From positions 1 through 52,753 of the forward strand of contig JBDRCN010000016.1 in assembly GCA_043821705.1 (NCBI GenBank): DNA of 52,753 nucleotides, in the 5' to 3' direction. How positions within the stretch are numbered: the first letter of the stretch is position 1; each line of letters begins with the position of its first letter. Source of the stretch: Candidatus Omnitrophota bacterium. Lineage in GTDB: Bacteria; Omnitrophota; Gorgyraeia; Gorgyraeales; Gorgyraeaceae. Positions 37,317-46,924 of the stretch are shown here, one piece after another. The translations under genes and the position numbers were made by a program. The notes below the pieces were generated by a model. It did no database searches, was not told the origin of the DNA, and was given only the letters and a program-made list of their open reading frames with translations.

Positions 37317-37880
37317 ATGACTGACAAGATAAAAAAAATATTAAAAGAGAGCGTGGATGTGAAAAGAAAGCTCATTGAAAAAGACCTTTCTTCTATTGCT
37401 GATCTCGCACAAACCATAATAGGAGCGATCAAGTCAGGAAATAAAGTGCTCATATTCGGTAATGGAGGAAGCGCTTCTGACAGCATACACATGGCAGCAG
37501 AACTTGTCGGACGGTTTAAAAAAGAAAGAAAAGCAGTGCCTGTTATAGCCTTGCCTGCGAATATATCTATAATAACATCCATTGGAAATGATTATGGTTT
37601 TGAAAAGATATTCGAGAGGCAAATAGAGGCCTTGGGAAAAAAGGGAGATATTGCCCTGGGAATAACTACTAGCGGAAGATCAAAGAATGTGCTAAATGGT
37701 CTAGCGCAGGCAAAAAAACTTGGTTTAAAGACAGCTTCGCTAGTGGGTGATCACGTCAAGGATATTTCAGGGTTGAGTGATATTGTCATAAGCGTAGATT
37801 CCAGTAATACCCCGAGGATCCAGGAATCTCATGTAACGATCATACATATCATATGCGAGCTTATTGAAGATGCCTTATAA
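37317..37880 (+). CDS. gmhA: D-sedoheptulose 7-phosphate isomerase
   Basis: FGNGGSASDSIHMAAE, NDYGF, TTSGRS and PRIQESH. Confidence 0.93.
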   Translation: MTDKIKKILKESVDVKRKLIEKDLSSIADLAQTIIGAIKSGNKVLIFGNGGSASDSIHMAAELVGRFKKERKAVPVIALPANISIITSIGNDYGFEKIFERQIEALGKKGDIALGITTSGRSKNVLNGLAQAKKLGLKTASLVGDHVKDISGLSDIVISVDSSNTPRIQESHVTIIHIICELIEDAL

Positions 37881-38346
37881 TAAACTAAAGACATTAACGC
37901 AGCTAAAAAAGACCCTAAAAAGCCCTGCTCTAAAGCATAAAAAAACAGTGTTTACTAATGGCTGCTTTGACCTTATGCATGTAGGGCACGTAAGCTATCT
38001 AAATAAAGCAAGGTCATTAGGGGATCTCCTGATCATCGGACTGAACAGTGACAGTTCTGTAAAAAAGTTGAAAGGCTCTAAAAAGCCAATAACCTCCCAG
38101 AGAGATAGGGCTAAAGTGCTCGGGGCTCTGGAATGTGTGGATTTTGTGACCATATTCAAAGGATCCACGCCTTACGATCTGATAAAAAATATTAAGCCCT
38201 CTGTGTTGGTAAAAGGAGGGGATTGGAAAGTAAAAGATATTGTTGGCTCTGGTTTTGTCAGATCCTACGGAGGCATAGTTAAAAGCCTCCCTTATATAAA
38301 AGGGTACTCTACAAAAAACATCATTAAAAAGATAAAATCAGTCTAA
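37870..38346 (+). CDS. rfaE2: Heptose-1-phosphate adenylyltransferase (HldE domain II)
   Basis: FTNGCFDLMHVGH, GLNSDSSV, LVKGGDW and GYST. Confidence 0.92.
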   Translation: MPYNKLKTLTQLKKTLKSPALKHKKTVFTNGCFDLMHVGHVSYLNKARSLGDLLIIGLNSDSSVKKLKGSKKPITSQRDRAKVLGALECVDFVTIFKGSTPYDLIKNIKPSVLVKGGDWKVKDIVGSGFVRSYGGIVKSLPYIKGYSTKNIIKKIKSV

Positions 38347-38372
38347 AGAGCGGTCAGCCCTCCGATCTAGAA

Positions 38373-38810
38373 ATGTTTAATAAGTCTATGGATAAAAAAG
38401 TATTGCAGATCATTGATGCTAATCTAAACAGGACGCGCGAAGGGTTAAGGGTCTGTGAAGATATAGTAAGGTTCTCTGTTAGGGATAGGAACGTAAGCTC
38501 TTCGCTAAAACTTATAAGGCACGATGCTACAAAAGCGATCTTAGGGTCCGACATACTCGACCTTAAGAAACTTCTAGATGCAAGGGATGTAAAAAAAGAC
38601 CTCTCAAAATTTATTGACTATAAAAAAAATAATAGCACTTTGGCTGATCTATTTATGTCAAATATAGAGAGAGTGAAGGAATCTCTAAGGGTGTTGGAAG
38701 AATGTTTAAAATTAGTAGATGATGGATTAAGTTCGAAGTACAGAAAACTAAGATTTGATACTTACCACGCTGAAAAAAAGATCATTAAAAAGATCGGAAC
38801 CCATAAATGA
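38373..38810 (+). CDS. Stand-alone ThiD2 domain (N-terminal domain of long ThiE proteins)
   Basis: IIDANLNRTREGLRVCEDIVRF...NIERVKESLRVLEE...RFDTYHAEK; alternative start at 38388. Confidence 0.8.
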   Translation: MFNKSMDKKVLQIIDANLNRTREGLRVCEDIVRFSVRDRNVSSSLKLIRHDATKAILGSDILDLKKLLDARDVKKDLSKFIDYKKNNSTLADLFMSNIERVKESLRVLEECLKLVDDGLSSKYRKLRFDTYHAEKKIIKKIGTHK

Positions 38811-40084
38811 CCCAATTAAAACTTGCAAAGCTCAATAGAACCTCCCCTGAGATGCGTTATGTAGCTAGAAAAGAAGGCATCTCTCTGGAGAAGCTAAGGG
38901 ATCAAATAAAAAAAGGACGAATAGTCCTATTAAAAAATACAAAACGTAAGATCGCTCCATGCGGCGTAGGAGAAGGGTTAAGGACAAAGATAAATGCCAA
39001 TCTGGGGACCTCCTTGGACAAGATAGACATAAACTATGAATTAAAAAAACTAAAAACTGCTATACGCTACGGAGCAGATGCGGTAATGGACCTGTCTACT
39101 GGTGGGGACATAAACAAGATACGGAGGGCTATATTAAAACATTCTTCTGTGCCTCTTGGTACAGTGCCCATATATCAAGCTGCTGTAAAGGCTTGCTCTG
39201 AAAAAGGGCACATCTCGAAGATGAATAAAGATGATATCCTGGAAGCTTTCGAGGAACAAGCAGAAGACGGTGTAGATTTCTTTACAGTACATTCAGGCGT
39301 GACCTTGGACACCATCACCAGGCTTAAGAGAAAAAAGAGGTTGATATCACTTGTTTCTAGAGGAGGGTCCTTTCTTGTAGAATGGATGATACTGAATAAA
39401 AGAGAAAACCCCCTCTATGAATATTTTGATGACATAATAAAAATAGCAAAAAAATATGATATAGTATTAAGCCTCGGGGACGGGTTAAGGCCAGGAACTC
39501 TTGTGGATGCCACGGACAGGCCCCAGATACAAGAACTTATTATACTGGGAGAACTCGCCGATAAAGCTAGAAAAGAAAATGTACAAGTGATAATAGAAGG
39601 TCCTGGCCATATCCCGCTTAATGAAATAGAGACAAATGTCTTAATACAAAAAAGGATGTGCAACCATGCTCCTTTTTATGTCTTAGGCCCTCTGGTAACA
39701 GACATAGCACCTGGATATGACCATATAGTAGGTGCAATAGGAGGAGCGATCGCTGCATTTCATGGAGCAGACTTTCTGTGTTATGTAACGCCATCCGAAC
39801 ACCTGAGAATACCAGATAATGATGATGTAAAAAATGGTGTCATAGCTTCCAGGATAGCTGCACATGCAGCGGATATCGCAAAACAGGTCCCAGGAGCTAT
39901 AGATTGGGACAGGAAGATGTCAGTACACAGATCTCGCAGAGATTGGAAAGCTCAAGTGAAAGAATCCATAGACCCTGAGAAATCCATTAAATACAGAAAG
40001 ACTTCGACCCCGAAAAACAAAGATGTGTGTACGATGTGCAGTGATTTTTGCTCGATGAAGACAGTAGAGAGGTATTTTAAATGA
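38807..40084 (+). CDS. thiC: Phosphomethylpyrimidine synthase
   Basis: KINANLGTS, MDLSTGG, SRGGS, EGPGH and CTMCSDFC. Confidence 0.96.
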   Translation: MTQLKLAKLNRTSPEMRYVARKEGISLEKLRDQIKKGRIVLLKNTKRKIAPCGVGEGLRTKINANLGTSLDKIDINYELKKLKTAIRYGADAVMDLSTGGDINKIRRAILKHSSVPLGTVPIYQAAVKACSEKGHISKMNKDDILEAFEEQAEDGVDFFTVHSGVTLDTITRLKRKKRLISLVSRGGSFLVEWMILNKRENPLYEYFDDIIKIAKKYDIVLSLGDGLRPGTLVDATDRPQIQELIILGELADKARKENVQVIIEGPGHIPLNEIETNVLIQKRMCNHAPFYVLGPLVTDIAPGYDHIVGAIGGAIAAFHGADFLCYVTPSEHLRIPDNDDVKNGVIASRIAAHAADIAKQVPGAIDWDRKMSVHRSRRDWKAQVKESIDPEKSIKYRKTSTPKNKDVCTMCSDFCSMKTVERYFK

Positions 40085-40986
40085 GCGAACTTCTTGTCAT
40101 CGGCTCAGTTGCGCTGGATACTATCAGGACGAAAGAAGCTGTTAAAAAAGAGATATTGGGTGGCTCAGCTACTTTTTTCTCTATAAGTGCTAGTTTTTTT
40201 ACAAAAGTAAACCTGGTAGCTACTGTGGGGAAGGACTTTCCAAAAAAGAATATAGACCTGATAATATCCTTTAAGGTAGATACCAAGGGCCTTGATATAA
40301 AAGAAGGTAAGACCTTTCGTTGGGAAGGATCCTACGCTGAAGATATAAACTGCGCTAGGACCATAAATACACAGCTCAATGTATTTCAGGATTTTATGCC
40401 AGAGCTGCCTGGTCAATACACAAAAAATAGATTTATCTTCCTTGCTAACATAGACCCGGACCTGCAGCTTCACCTAATAAAAAACTCTAAGGATAAAAAA
40501 ATAATAGGCTGTGATTCCATGAATTACTGGATACAAAATAAATGTTCTTCGCTAAAAAAACTCATGAAACATGTAGATGTGATGTTCTTGAACGATCTTG
40601 AGGCAAAAGAGTTTTCAGGAGAATCAAATATATTGAAAGCTGGCAGGTATATACTATCTCTTGGGCCAAAGTTCGCAATAATAAAAAGAGGGGAGTATGG
40701 AGCGATACTATTTTCAAAAGATAGCTCTGTATTAGCGATCCCTGCGCTTCTTTTAGAGAAGGTCATTGATCCTACAGGTGCAGGGGACAGTTTTGCTGGC
40801 GGGTTCATGGGCTACCTGGCAAACAAAAACAAGTTCACTGTAGATATTGCGAAAAAAGCTCTTCTATATGGGACTGTAATGGCATCTTATGCAGTGGAAG
40901 ATTTTAGTGTAGATAGATTTTTAAAATTAAAGAAAAGGGATATTGAAAAAAGGCTTGGAGAATTTAAGGGATTAATTAATGTATAA
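40081..40986 (+). CDS. PfkB-family carbohydrate/nucleoside kinase
   Basis: GSVALD, LGGSA and DPTGAGDSFAGG. Confidence 0.9.
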   Translation: MSELLVIGSVALDTIRTKEAVKKEILGGSATFFSISASFFTKVNLVATVGKDFPKKNIDLIISFKVDTKGLDIKEGKTFRWEGSYAEDINCARTINTQLNVFQDFMPELPGQYTKNRFIFLANIDPDLQLHLIKNSKDKKIIGCDSMNYWIQNKCSSLKKLMKHVDVMFLNDLEAKEFSGESNILKAGRYILSLGPKFAIIKRGEYGAILFSKDSSVLAIPALLLEKVIDPTGAGDSFAGGFMGYLANKNKFTVDIAKKALLYGTVMASYAVEDFSVDRFLKLKKRDIEKRLGEFKGLINV

Positions 40987-41003
40987 CAGAGCTTTGGGTG
41001 GGC

Positions 41004-41420
41004 CTGCCCGCCGAAGCTAGACGTTATTTATCTGAATGTAGTGAAAAGCGTAGGCGGGTGTAATTCAATGGTAGAATACGAGCTTCCCAAGCTCGCTGCG
41101 TGGGTTCGATTCCCATCACCCGCTCCATCCTACGCCTTTCGTGAATGGTAGATTGAAAGTCTGGCTACGGATGGCAGGCCATAATGTAGGTATAGTATTA
41201 AGCGTTTGATTGGATTGTCCGCCGAAGCTAGACGTTATTTATTTGAATGTAGTGAAAAGCGTAGGCGGACGGATGGCCGACTCTGAGCGAATGCGAAGAG
41301 CGCCGATTCCCATCACCAGCTCCATTCTTCTACGCTCTTTGAGTATAAAAAACTCCGGTGGGGCTTCGAAGAATAGTTCCTACGAAGCCATACCATCAAT
41401 TGGTAAGTTGGATGGCGTAG
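41004..41420. repeat. Alternating array of family B repeats around tRNA-Gly, with a 50-bp direct duplication
   Basis: Orientations: rev 41004-41058, fwd 41128-41180, rev 41219-41268 (49/50 identical to 41008-41057), fwd 41330-41368, rev 41383-41420. Confidence 0.8.
41054..41127 (+). tRNA. tRNA-Gly (CCC)
   Basis: Acceptor stem GCGGGTG/CACCCGC, anticodon arm CGAGC-TTCCCAA-GCTCG, GGTTCGATTCC T-loop and encoded CCA. Confidence 0.96.
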
Positions 41421-41452
41421 TAGAGCAGATGTCAAAGAAGGATTAAACAATT

Positions 41453-43075
41453 ATGTCATACGAACGTACAAATATAATAAATCTATTAGAGCATAGGATA
41501 AATTCCTTTTCTGAAGGGTACAGACAGAATATCGCTATAATAGGAGAACACTCTATAGGCAAGACCACTCTTATAAAGACACTTTTGTCTTCAGAAAATA
41601 TAAAAAAAGATTCTATAATCCCCATCTATTTAGAAATAAAGATAGAACCTTTTGAGTTTTGCATCAAAAGGTTCATAAAATCAGCTCTTTTTCAGCTCTT
41701 AGAGTCAGACCCTACTTTAAAAAAACCTCATAGTACCCTACTTATAATAGAAGACCTTAAAAGAACACACCCTAAGACAGCCAACATATGCGCCAGGGTA
41801 CTGCAGGATATTGAAAAAAATAGGTTTGATGAGGCTTATTCATTTATGATGGACATCACTGCCAACATCTATGAAGAGACCAAGAAAAGGCCTTTAGTCA
41901 TCCTTGACGAGTTCCATAATCTAGAGAACTTCATGCTAAGACATCCTTTTTCAATGCTAGCAAGAAAGATAATGATCCAAAAAGACACTATGTATCTCCT
42001 CCTTAGCTCTAAAAATGCTGTAGGCCAAAGGATCATTGATGAAAAACTATCAATGTTGTTCGGTAATTTTGAAAAGATACTCCTGCCTCCTTTTGACATC
42101 TTTATGTCCAGGTCGTTTATCCAGGATAATCTAGCAGAGGTCATCAAGCTTCCCCAAGTCTATATTGATTACATAAGCTCTTTTTCCGGGAACAAACCTC
42201 TATACATGAAGATCTTGTGTGATGAGATAAAAAGAATAGTGCTTTCCAAAGAAGTGGATCCCAGTGACATAAAAGAAGTGATTAAGATATCATTTCTTAA
42301 TTGTATCTTTAAAAAAACAGGTATAATAAACCAGATGTTCTCTAATTTCTTCGTGAGGATATCAGATGGGAAACTTCAGTCCAGATCTGCAGCAGTCTTG
42401 ATCGCCCTGTCTTCGGAGAACAAAAAACAGGATGATATAACTAAGACCTGCAGGATGCAGAAAAAAGACGTCTCTAAAATACTAAATAGATTCATGGAGA
42501 TGGACATATTAAGCCGGAATGGTTCGATGTATAGGTTTAAAGACAGGCTTTTCTTTTTCTGGATAAGATCAGTCTACCTTAAAAGGATAATGTCTTTCAG
42601 CATAGATGAGATGCTGGAAGAAGAGTATTTTAAGAAAGAGATGTCCTCGCACCTTGATGAATTCATGGAAGAGTTTGAAAAAGAATTCTCATCCAGGATA
42701 ATGGGCTTGTTCAAATTGTTCAAGAATGACGTGATACAACTAAATGGGAGAAAGCACAAGTTCTTGTTGTTCGACGAGGTGGGGATGCTTAAGGAAAACT
42801 TCTCGAATTCTACTAATATACTAGCGGCTAACAGCAAAACACAATGGCTATGTACCATAAAAAAAGACTATGTAACAGAGAACGACCTTCTTGATATAAT
42901 GGACAATATAAAGAAAAAAAGACAAGAGACAAAGCTCAATAGGCTTATACTTATATCCCTTTCAGGTATACATGAAAATGCATACCTTCTGGCAAAAGAA
43001 GCTAAGTTTTGGATATGGAACCTGGAGAGCTTGAATATATTAATGGAGCTTTACAGTAAACCACATATAGGATAG
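41453..43075 (+). CDS. AAA+ ATPase (archaeal ATPase_2-like) with winged-helix and degenerate C-terminal nuclease-like domain
   Basis: Walker A GEHSIGKT, Walker B LVILDEFH, HTH-like QDDITKTCRMQKKDVSKILNRF and YRFKDRLFFFW. Confidence 0.75.
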   Translation: MSYERTNIINLLEHRINSFSEGYRQNIAIIGEHSIGKTTLIKTLLSSENIKKDSIIPIYLEIKIEPFEFCIKRFIKSALFQLLESDPTLKKPHSTLLIIEDLKRTHPKTANICARVLQDIEKNRFDEAYSFMMDITANIYEETKKRPLVILDEFHNLENFMLRHPFSMLARKIMIQKDTMYLLLSSKNAVGQRIIDEKLSMLFGNFEKILLPPFDIFMSRSFIQDNLAEVIKLPQVYIDYISSFSGNKPLYMKILCDEIKRIVLSKEVDPSDIKEVIKISFLNCIFKKTGIINQMFSNFFVRISDGKLQSRSAAVLIALSSENKKQDDITKTCRMQKKDVSKILNRFMEMDILSRNGSMYRFKDRLFFFWIRSVYLKRIMSFSIDEMLEEEYFKKEMSSHLDEFMEEFEKEFSSRIMGLFKLFKNDVIQLNGRKHKFLLFDEVGMLKENFSNSTNILAANSKTQWLCTIKKDYVTENDLLDIMDNIKKKRQETKLNRLILISLSGIHENAYLLAKEAKFWIWNLESLNILMELYSKPHIG

Positions 43076-43081
43076 CGTGCT

Positions 43082-43570
43082 ATGAAGATAGGCGTAGTAT
43101 CAGATACTCATATTTCAGGTAAAGACTGTATATTGCCGGACAAACTAGTGTCCGTGTTCAAGTCTTGCGATATGATAATCCATGCAGGAGATGTATTGGA
43201 CCTTTGCGTGATAGATTATCTAAAAAAGATAAGTAAGGTCGAGGCAGTACGAGGAAACATGGATACTGGCGCTACAAGAGAAGCCCTCCCTGAAAAAAGG
43301 ATCATTAAGGTCGAGGGAAAGACATTATGTATTATGCATGGATACGGCCATCCAAAGAACCTGATAGAAACTTTAAAAAATGAGTTTTCTGATGAAAAAC
43401 CTGATATAATAGTCTTTGGGCACTCACACAAACCTGCGAATGAATTGATCAAAGGCGTGCTCTTTTTTAATCCAGGAAGTGCCACTGACACGATCTTTAC
43501 TCCTTATTGTTCTTTTGGGACCATCGAAGTGACTAAAAAAGATATAAAAGGAGAGATACACAAGCTATAA
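43082..43570 (+). CDS. YfcE/MJ0936-family metallophosphoesterase
   Basis: SDTH, HAGD, RGNMD, HG, FGHSH and NPGS. Confidence 0.92.
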   Translation: MKIGVVSDTHISGKDCILPDKLVSVFKSCDMIIHAGDVLDLCVIDYLKKISKVEAVRGNMDTGATREALPEKRIIKVEGKTLCIMHGYGHPKNLIETLKNEFSDEKPDIIVFGHSHKPANELIKGVLFFNPGSATDTIFTPYCSFGTIEVTKKDIKGEIHKL

Positions 43571-43579
43571 AGGAAAGAT

Positions 43580-44041
43580 ATGGATATCTTATGGGCTCCA
43601 TGGAGAAGTAATTTTGTAAGGAAAAAAAGAAAATCAGGGTGCATATTCTGTATAGATAAGAAAAAAGATGGCCGCAATTTTATCATAAAAAGGACAAGGT
43701 TATCTTTCGCGATACTGAACATATACCCGTATAATAATGGGCATGTGATGGTCGCTCCTTATAGACACGTAAAAGATATAAAAGGACTAAACGATAGAGA
43801 ACTCCTTGACATGATGAAGCTTGTAAAAGAGATGCAGGTACTTTTAGAAAAAAGATTAAACACCCACGGATTCAATATCGGCGTGAACACAGGAGAAGTA
43901 GCTGGCGCTGGCTATAAAAACCATATTCACATGCATATAGTCCCTAGATGGAATGGGGATACTAATTTCATGCCAGTTATATCCGGGACAAGGGTTATAT
44001 CGCAATCCTTAGAAGAGCTCTATAAGATGTTGAAAGGCTAG
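43580..44041 (+). CDS. HIT-family Ap4A phosphorylase-like protein
   Basis: LWAPWR, CIFC, NIYPYNNGHVM and HIHMHIVPRWNGDTNF. Confidence 0.92.
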   Translation: MDILWAPWRSNFVRKKRKSGCIFCIDKKKDGRNFIIKRTRLSFAILNIYPYNNGHVMVAPYRHVKDIKGLNDRELLDMMKLVKEMQVLLEKRLNTHGFNIGVNTGEVAGAGYKNHIHMHIVPRWNGDTNFMPVISGTRVISQSLEELYKMLKG

Positions 44042-44042
44042 T

Positions 44043-45197
44043 ATGTTAAGACGTTTGGAAATAGAGAATAGAGAAGGTAAACTGCTCGCATCTTATGCAA
44101 TGCATTCTAAAAATAGCAGGGGCAGGAAGTATCCCGAAGAAAAAGCAGAACACAGGTCAAGTTACCAAAGGGACAGGGATAGAATAGTACACTCCACTGC
44201 CTTCCGCAGGCTAGAATACAAGACTCAGGTATTTGTAAACCATGAGGGAGACTATTATAGGACAAGGCTGACTCACACGATCGAAGTAAGCCAGATAGCC
44301 AGGTCCATAGCAAGAGAGATGAGACTGAACGAAGACCTTGTTGAAGCAATAGCACTCGCTCATGACATAGGCCATCCACCTTTTGGCCACGCAGGAGAAG
44401 AGATACTCAGTGTCTTGATGGAGGATAAAGGTGGTTTCGACCATAACCTGCAAGGACTAAGAGTTGTGGATGAACTTGAACAGAGATATCCTGATTTTCC
44501 AGGGTTGAACCTCTCATGGGAAGTAAGGGAAGGCATCAATAAGCACACCACTATGTTCGATAGATCCATCAGGCTGATAGAGCTAGATCCTGATAAATCC
44601 CCTACTCTCGAGACCCAGATAGTTGATGCAGCTGATGAAATAGCATATGATAATCATGACCTAGATGATGGGATCGCTTCGGGATTGATAGATGAAAGAT
44701 CCTTGTCCAAGTTAGAGTTATGGAAAGACGCTACTGGCCATGTCAAAAAAAACTATTCCAATCTTCCGGAAAAAATCAAAAGACACCAGATAATAAGATT
44801 TATCATTGATCGGAACATCAATGATCTGGTAAAATATTCTGAAAAAAATATTAAACAGAAGGCGATCAAAAAAGTTGAAGATGTAAGAAAACATCCTGAG
44901 AGGATAATCAATTTTTCCAACAGCATGCAGGAAAAGAGAATGGGACTAAGGACATGCTTATTGGAAAACCTGTACAAAAACTTCAGGGTCACTCGAATGT
45001 CCGATAAAGCAAAAAGGTTCATAAAAGAACTGTTTGACTTATATATTGAAAAACCAGAGCAGCTGCCTCCCTCTGACCAGAAGAAGATAAAGGAGTATGG
45101 GCTGCACAGGGCTACATGCGATTATATAGCTGGAATGACCGATAGATACGCCCTGGATGAATATAAAAAATTATTTAATCCTTATGAAAGAGTCTAA
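44043..45197 (+). CDS. dgt: dGTP triphosphohydrolase-like protein
   Basis: RDRDRIVHSTAFRRL..KTQVF, RTRLTHTIEV, HDIGHPPFGHAGE and DYIAGMTD. Confidence 0.93.
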   Translation: MLRRLEIENREGKLLASYAMHSKNSRGRKYPEEKAEHRSSYQRDRDRIVHSTAFRRLEYKTQVFVNHEGDYYRTRLTHTIEVSQIARSIAREMRLNEDLVEAIALAHDIGHPPFGHAGEEILSVLMEDKGGFDHNLQGLRVVDELEQRYPDFPGLNLSWEVREGINKHTTMFDRSIRLIELDPDKSPTLETQIVDAADEIAYDNHDLDDGIASGLIDERSLSKLELWKDATGHVKKNYSNLPEKIKRHQIIRFIIDRNINDLVKYSEKNIKQKAIKKVEDVRKHPERIINFSNSMQEKRMGLRTCLLENLYKNFRVTRMSDKAKRFIKELFDLYIEKPEQLPPSDQKKIKEYGLHRATCDYIAGMTDRYALDEYKKLFNPYERV

Positions 45198-46650
45198 TAA
45201 AAAAGAAAAGAGAGAGTTCTTGATAAATTTCTGCAATTCTAGTTCCATGCAGTCTTTTAAGGAGATGCTCTCTGATGTAATAAAGAAAAATAGGGGCTGT
45301 CAATATTTTGATCCTGAACTAAATCCATTAGGAAGAAAAAAAGATTACGGTAGAGGATTGCTGAAGATCGTAGAGGGCCTGAGATCAAACCCTCCTAAAG
45401 GAGTAAAACTCCTTAAAGACAAAAGAAATAGGCTTTACCTAGTTTCACCTGTAGCTCAAGGAGATACTGTCTATGGCTATGTAGCTATGTGTGACCTGAA
45501 GCGCAAGCTAGAGCCTAACGAGATATCTTTCATGAAGATATACATGGAACTTGCGTTAAAAGAATTCCAAAAAGAGCAGGAGCTAAAAAAAGTCTATAGT
45601 ACCATAAGGCCCAGGGCCATAGCGCTTTCCACTATTCATACTATACATAGATTGCTAAGTTCCACTTTGGACATGAACGAGCTCATAGAAAGGATCGCTA
45701 GGCTTACTTCCCAGGTCATGAGGGTAAAAGAGTGCTCTATAATGCTTCTGGAAGGTTCAAAAAAACGTCTAATATCGAAAGCAATGATAAATATTGAAAA
45801 CCATATCGGAGTGAATAAAAACAAACCGAAGAGGATCAAGTTGGGATCTGGGATCGAAGGAAAAGTCGCAAAAACCGGGAAGATACATATGTCACGCAGT
45901 TTACTGTGTATACCGCTCGTGGAAGAAGATATCATAGGCGTTATAACAGTCAAGCACAAGATAAATGAAAGGCCTCTTAACGAATTTGACCTAGAAATAC
46001 TTCTTACGCTTGGGGAGCAGGCAGTAATAGCTATAATAAACGCACAGCTTTACGAAGAACAGGAGAGAATGGCCTACGGAAGCATCAAATCCCTGTCAAT
46101 AATCTTGGATGCAAAATCTCCAAATACATTTACGCATTCTGAAAGATTCGTGAAGATAGTTATGGCTATAGCTGAAGAGATGCATCTAAGAAGGGAAGAT
46201 GTCAGGAACCTGCGCTACGCAGCACTCCTTCCAGACACTGGGAAATTCAGCATACCGGATGAGATATTGAAAAAACAAGGCGGTCTTTCCAGGAAAGAAT
46301 ACAATATAATAAAAAAACAGCACCTTGAAAGCTTAAAGATATTAGAGCCTCTTGAATTCTTAAAGCCGAGCATCCCTATCATCAGGTATCATCATGAAAG
46401 ATATGATGGCGCTGGATATCCGAGCGGGTTAAAAGGCAAAGAGATCCCTATAGGCGCGAGGATCATGGCTGTAGCTGAATCATTTGAGGCAATGCTCTCA
46501 TTAAGGCCCTATAAAAACTATAAGATAAGCATTACTCAAGCAATGAAAGAAATACGGCAAAATAGCGGAAAACAGTTTGACCCAGAAGTAGTAGAAGCAT
46601 TTTTATCATTGACCAACAAACCAGTGTTTAAGACCTTTTTTCTATTATGA
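45184..46650 (+). CDS. GAF plus HD-GYP domain protein with degenerate HD motif
   Basis: GAF region, then HSERF, LLPDTGK (canonical LLHDIGK), HHERYDGAGYP and QFDP. Confidence 0.85.
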   Translation: MKESNKKEKREFLINFCNSSSMQSFKEMLSDVIKKNRGCQYFDPELNPLGRKKDYGRGLLKIVEGLRSNPPKGVKLLKDKRNRLYLVSPVAQGDTVYGYVAMCDLKRKLEPNEISFMKIYMELALKEFQKEQELKKVYSTIRPRAIALSTIHTIHRLLSSTLDMNELIERIARLTSQVMRVKECSIMLLEGSKKRLISKAMINIENHIGVNKNKPKRIKLGSGIEGKVAKTGKIHMSRSLLCIPLVEEDIIGVITVKHKINERPLNEFDLEILLTLGEQAVIAIINAQLYEEQERMAYGSIKSLSIILDAKSPNTFTHSERFVKIVMAIAEEMHLRREDVRNLRYAALLPDTGKFSIPDEILKKQGGLSRKEYNIIKKQHLESLKILEPLEFLKPSIPIIRYHHERYDGAGYPSGLKGKEIPIGARIMAVAESFEAMLSLRPYKNYKISITQAMKEIRQNSGKQFDPEVVEAFLSLTNKPVFKTFFLL

Positions 46651-46922
46651 AAACTTTAAATAAACTACTAAAGAATAATATCATAAAACAAGTCTTGGTT
46701 TTCTTCGATGAAAACCCCCATTCTATAGACACTGCAAAAGGTATATCCGTGTGGATAGGGTTTTCTCCCGATGAAGTAGAAAAAGCACTTATAAGACTGG
46801 CAGAAGAAGGCATCTTGACAGATCATAAAACTGCATCTTTAAACGCATATTCGTATACGAATAATAAAAAAATAATCAAAAAGATAGAAAAACACCTTAA
46901 GAATTTGGAAAAACTTTCTTAA
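46647..46922 (+). CDS. Small hypothetical winged-helix-like protein
   Basis: 91 aa, overlaps the upstream stop. DTAKGISVWIGFSPDEVEKALIRLAEEGIL resembles a wHTH. Confidence 0.6.
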   Translation: MKTLNKLLKNNIIKQVLVFFDENPHSIDTAKGISVWIGFSPDEVEKALIRLAEEGILTDHKTASLNAYSYTNNKKIIKKIEKHLKNLEKLS

Positions 46923-46924
46923 CT

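Noticed and set aside
37317-37880. SIS protein as the missing Phi partner of Hps
   Set aside because: Its motifs (FGNGGS, NDYGF, TSGRS, PRIQESH) and adjacency to rfaE2 identify it as GmhA.
41266-41324. Second intact tRNA gene
   Set aside because: Only the 3' 21 nt match tRNA-Gly; no D or anticodon arm can be built.
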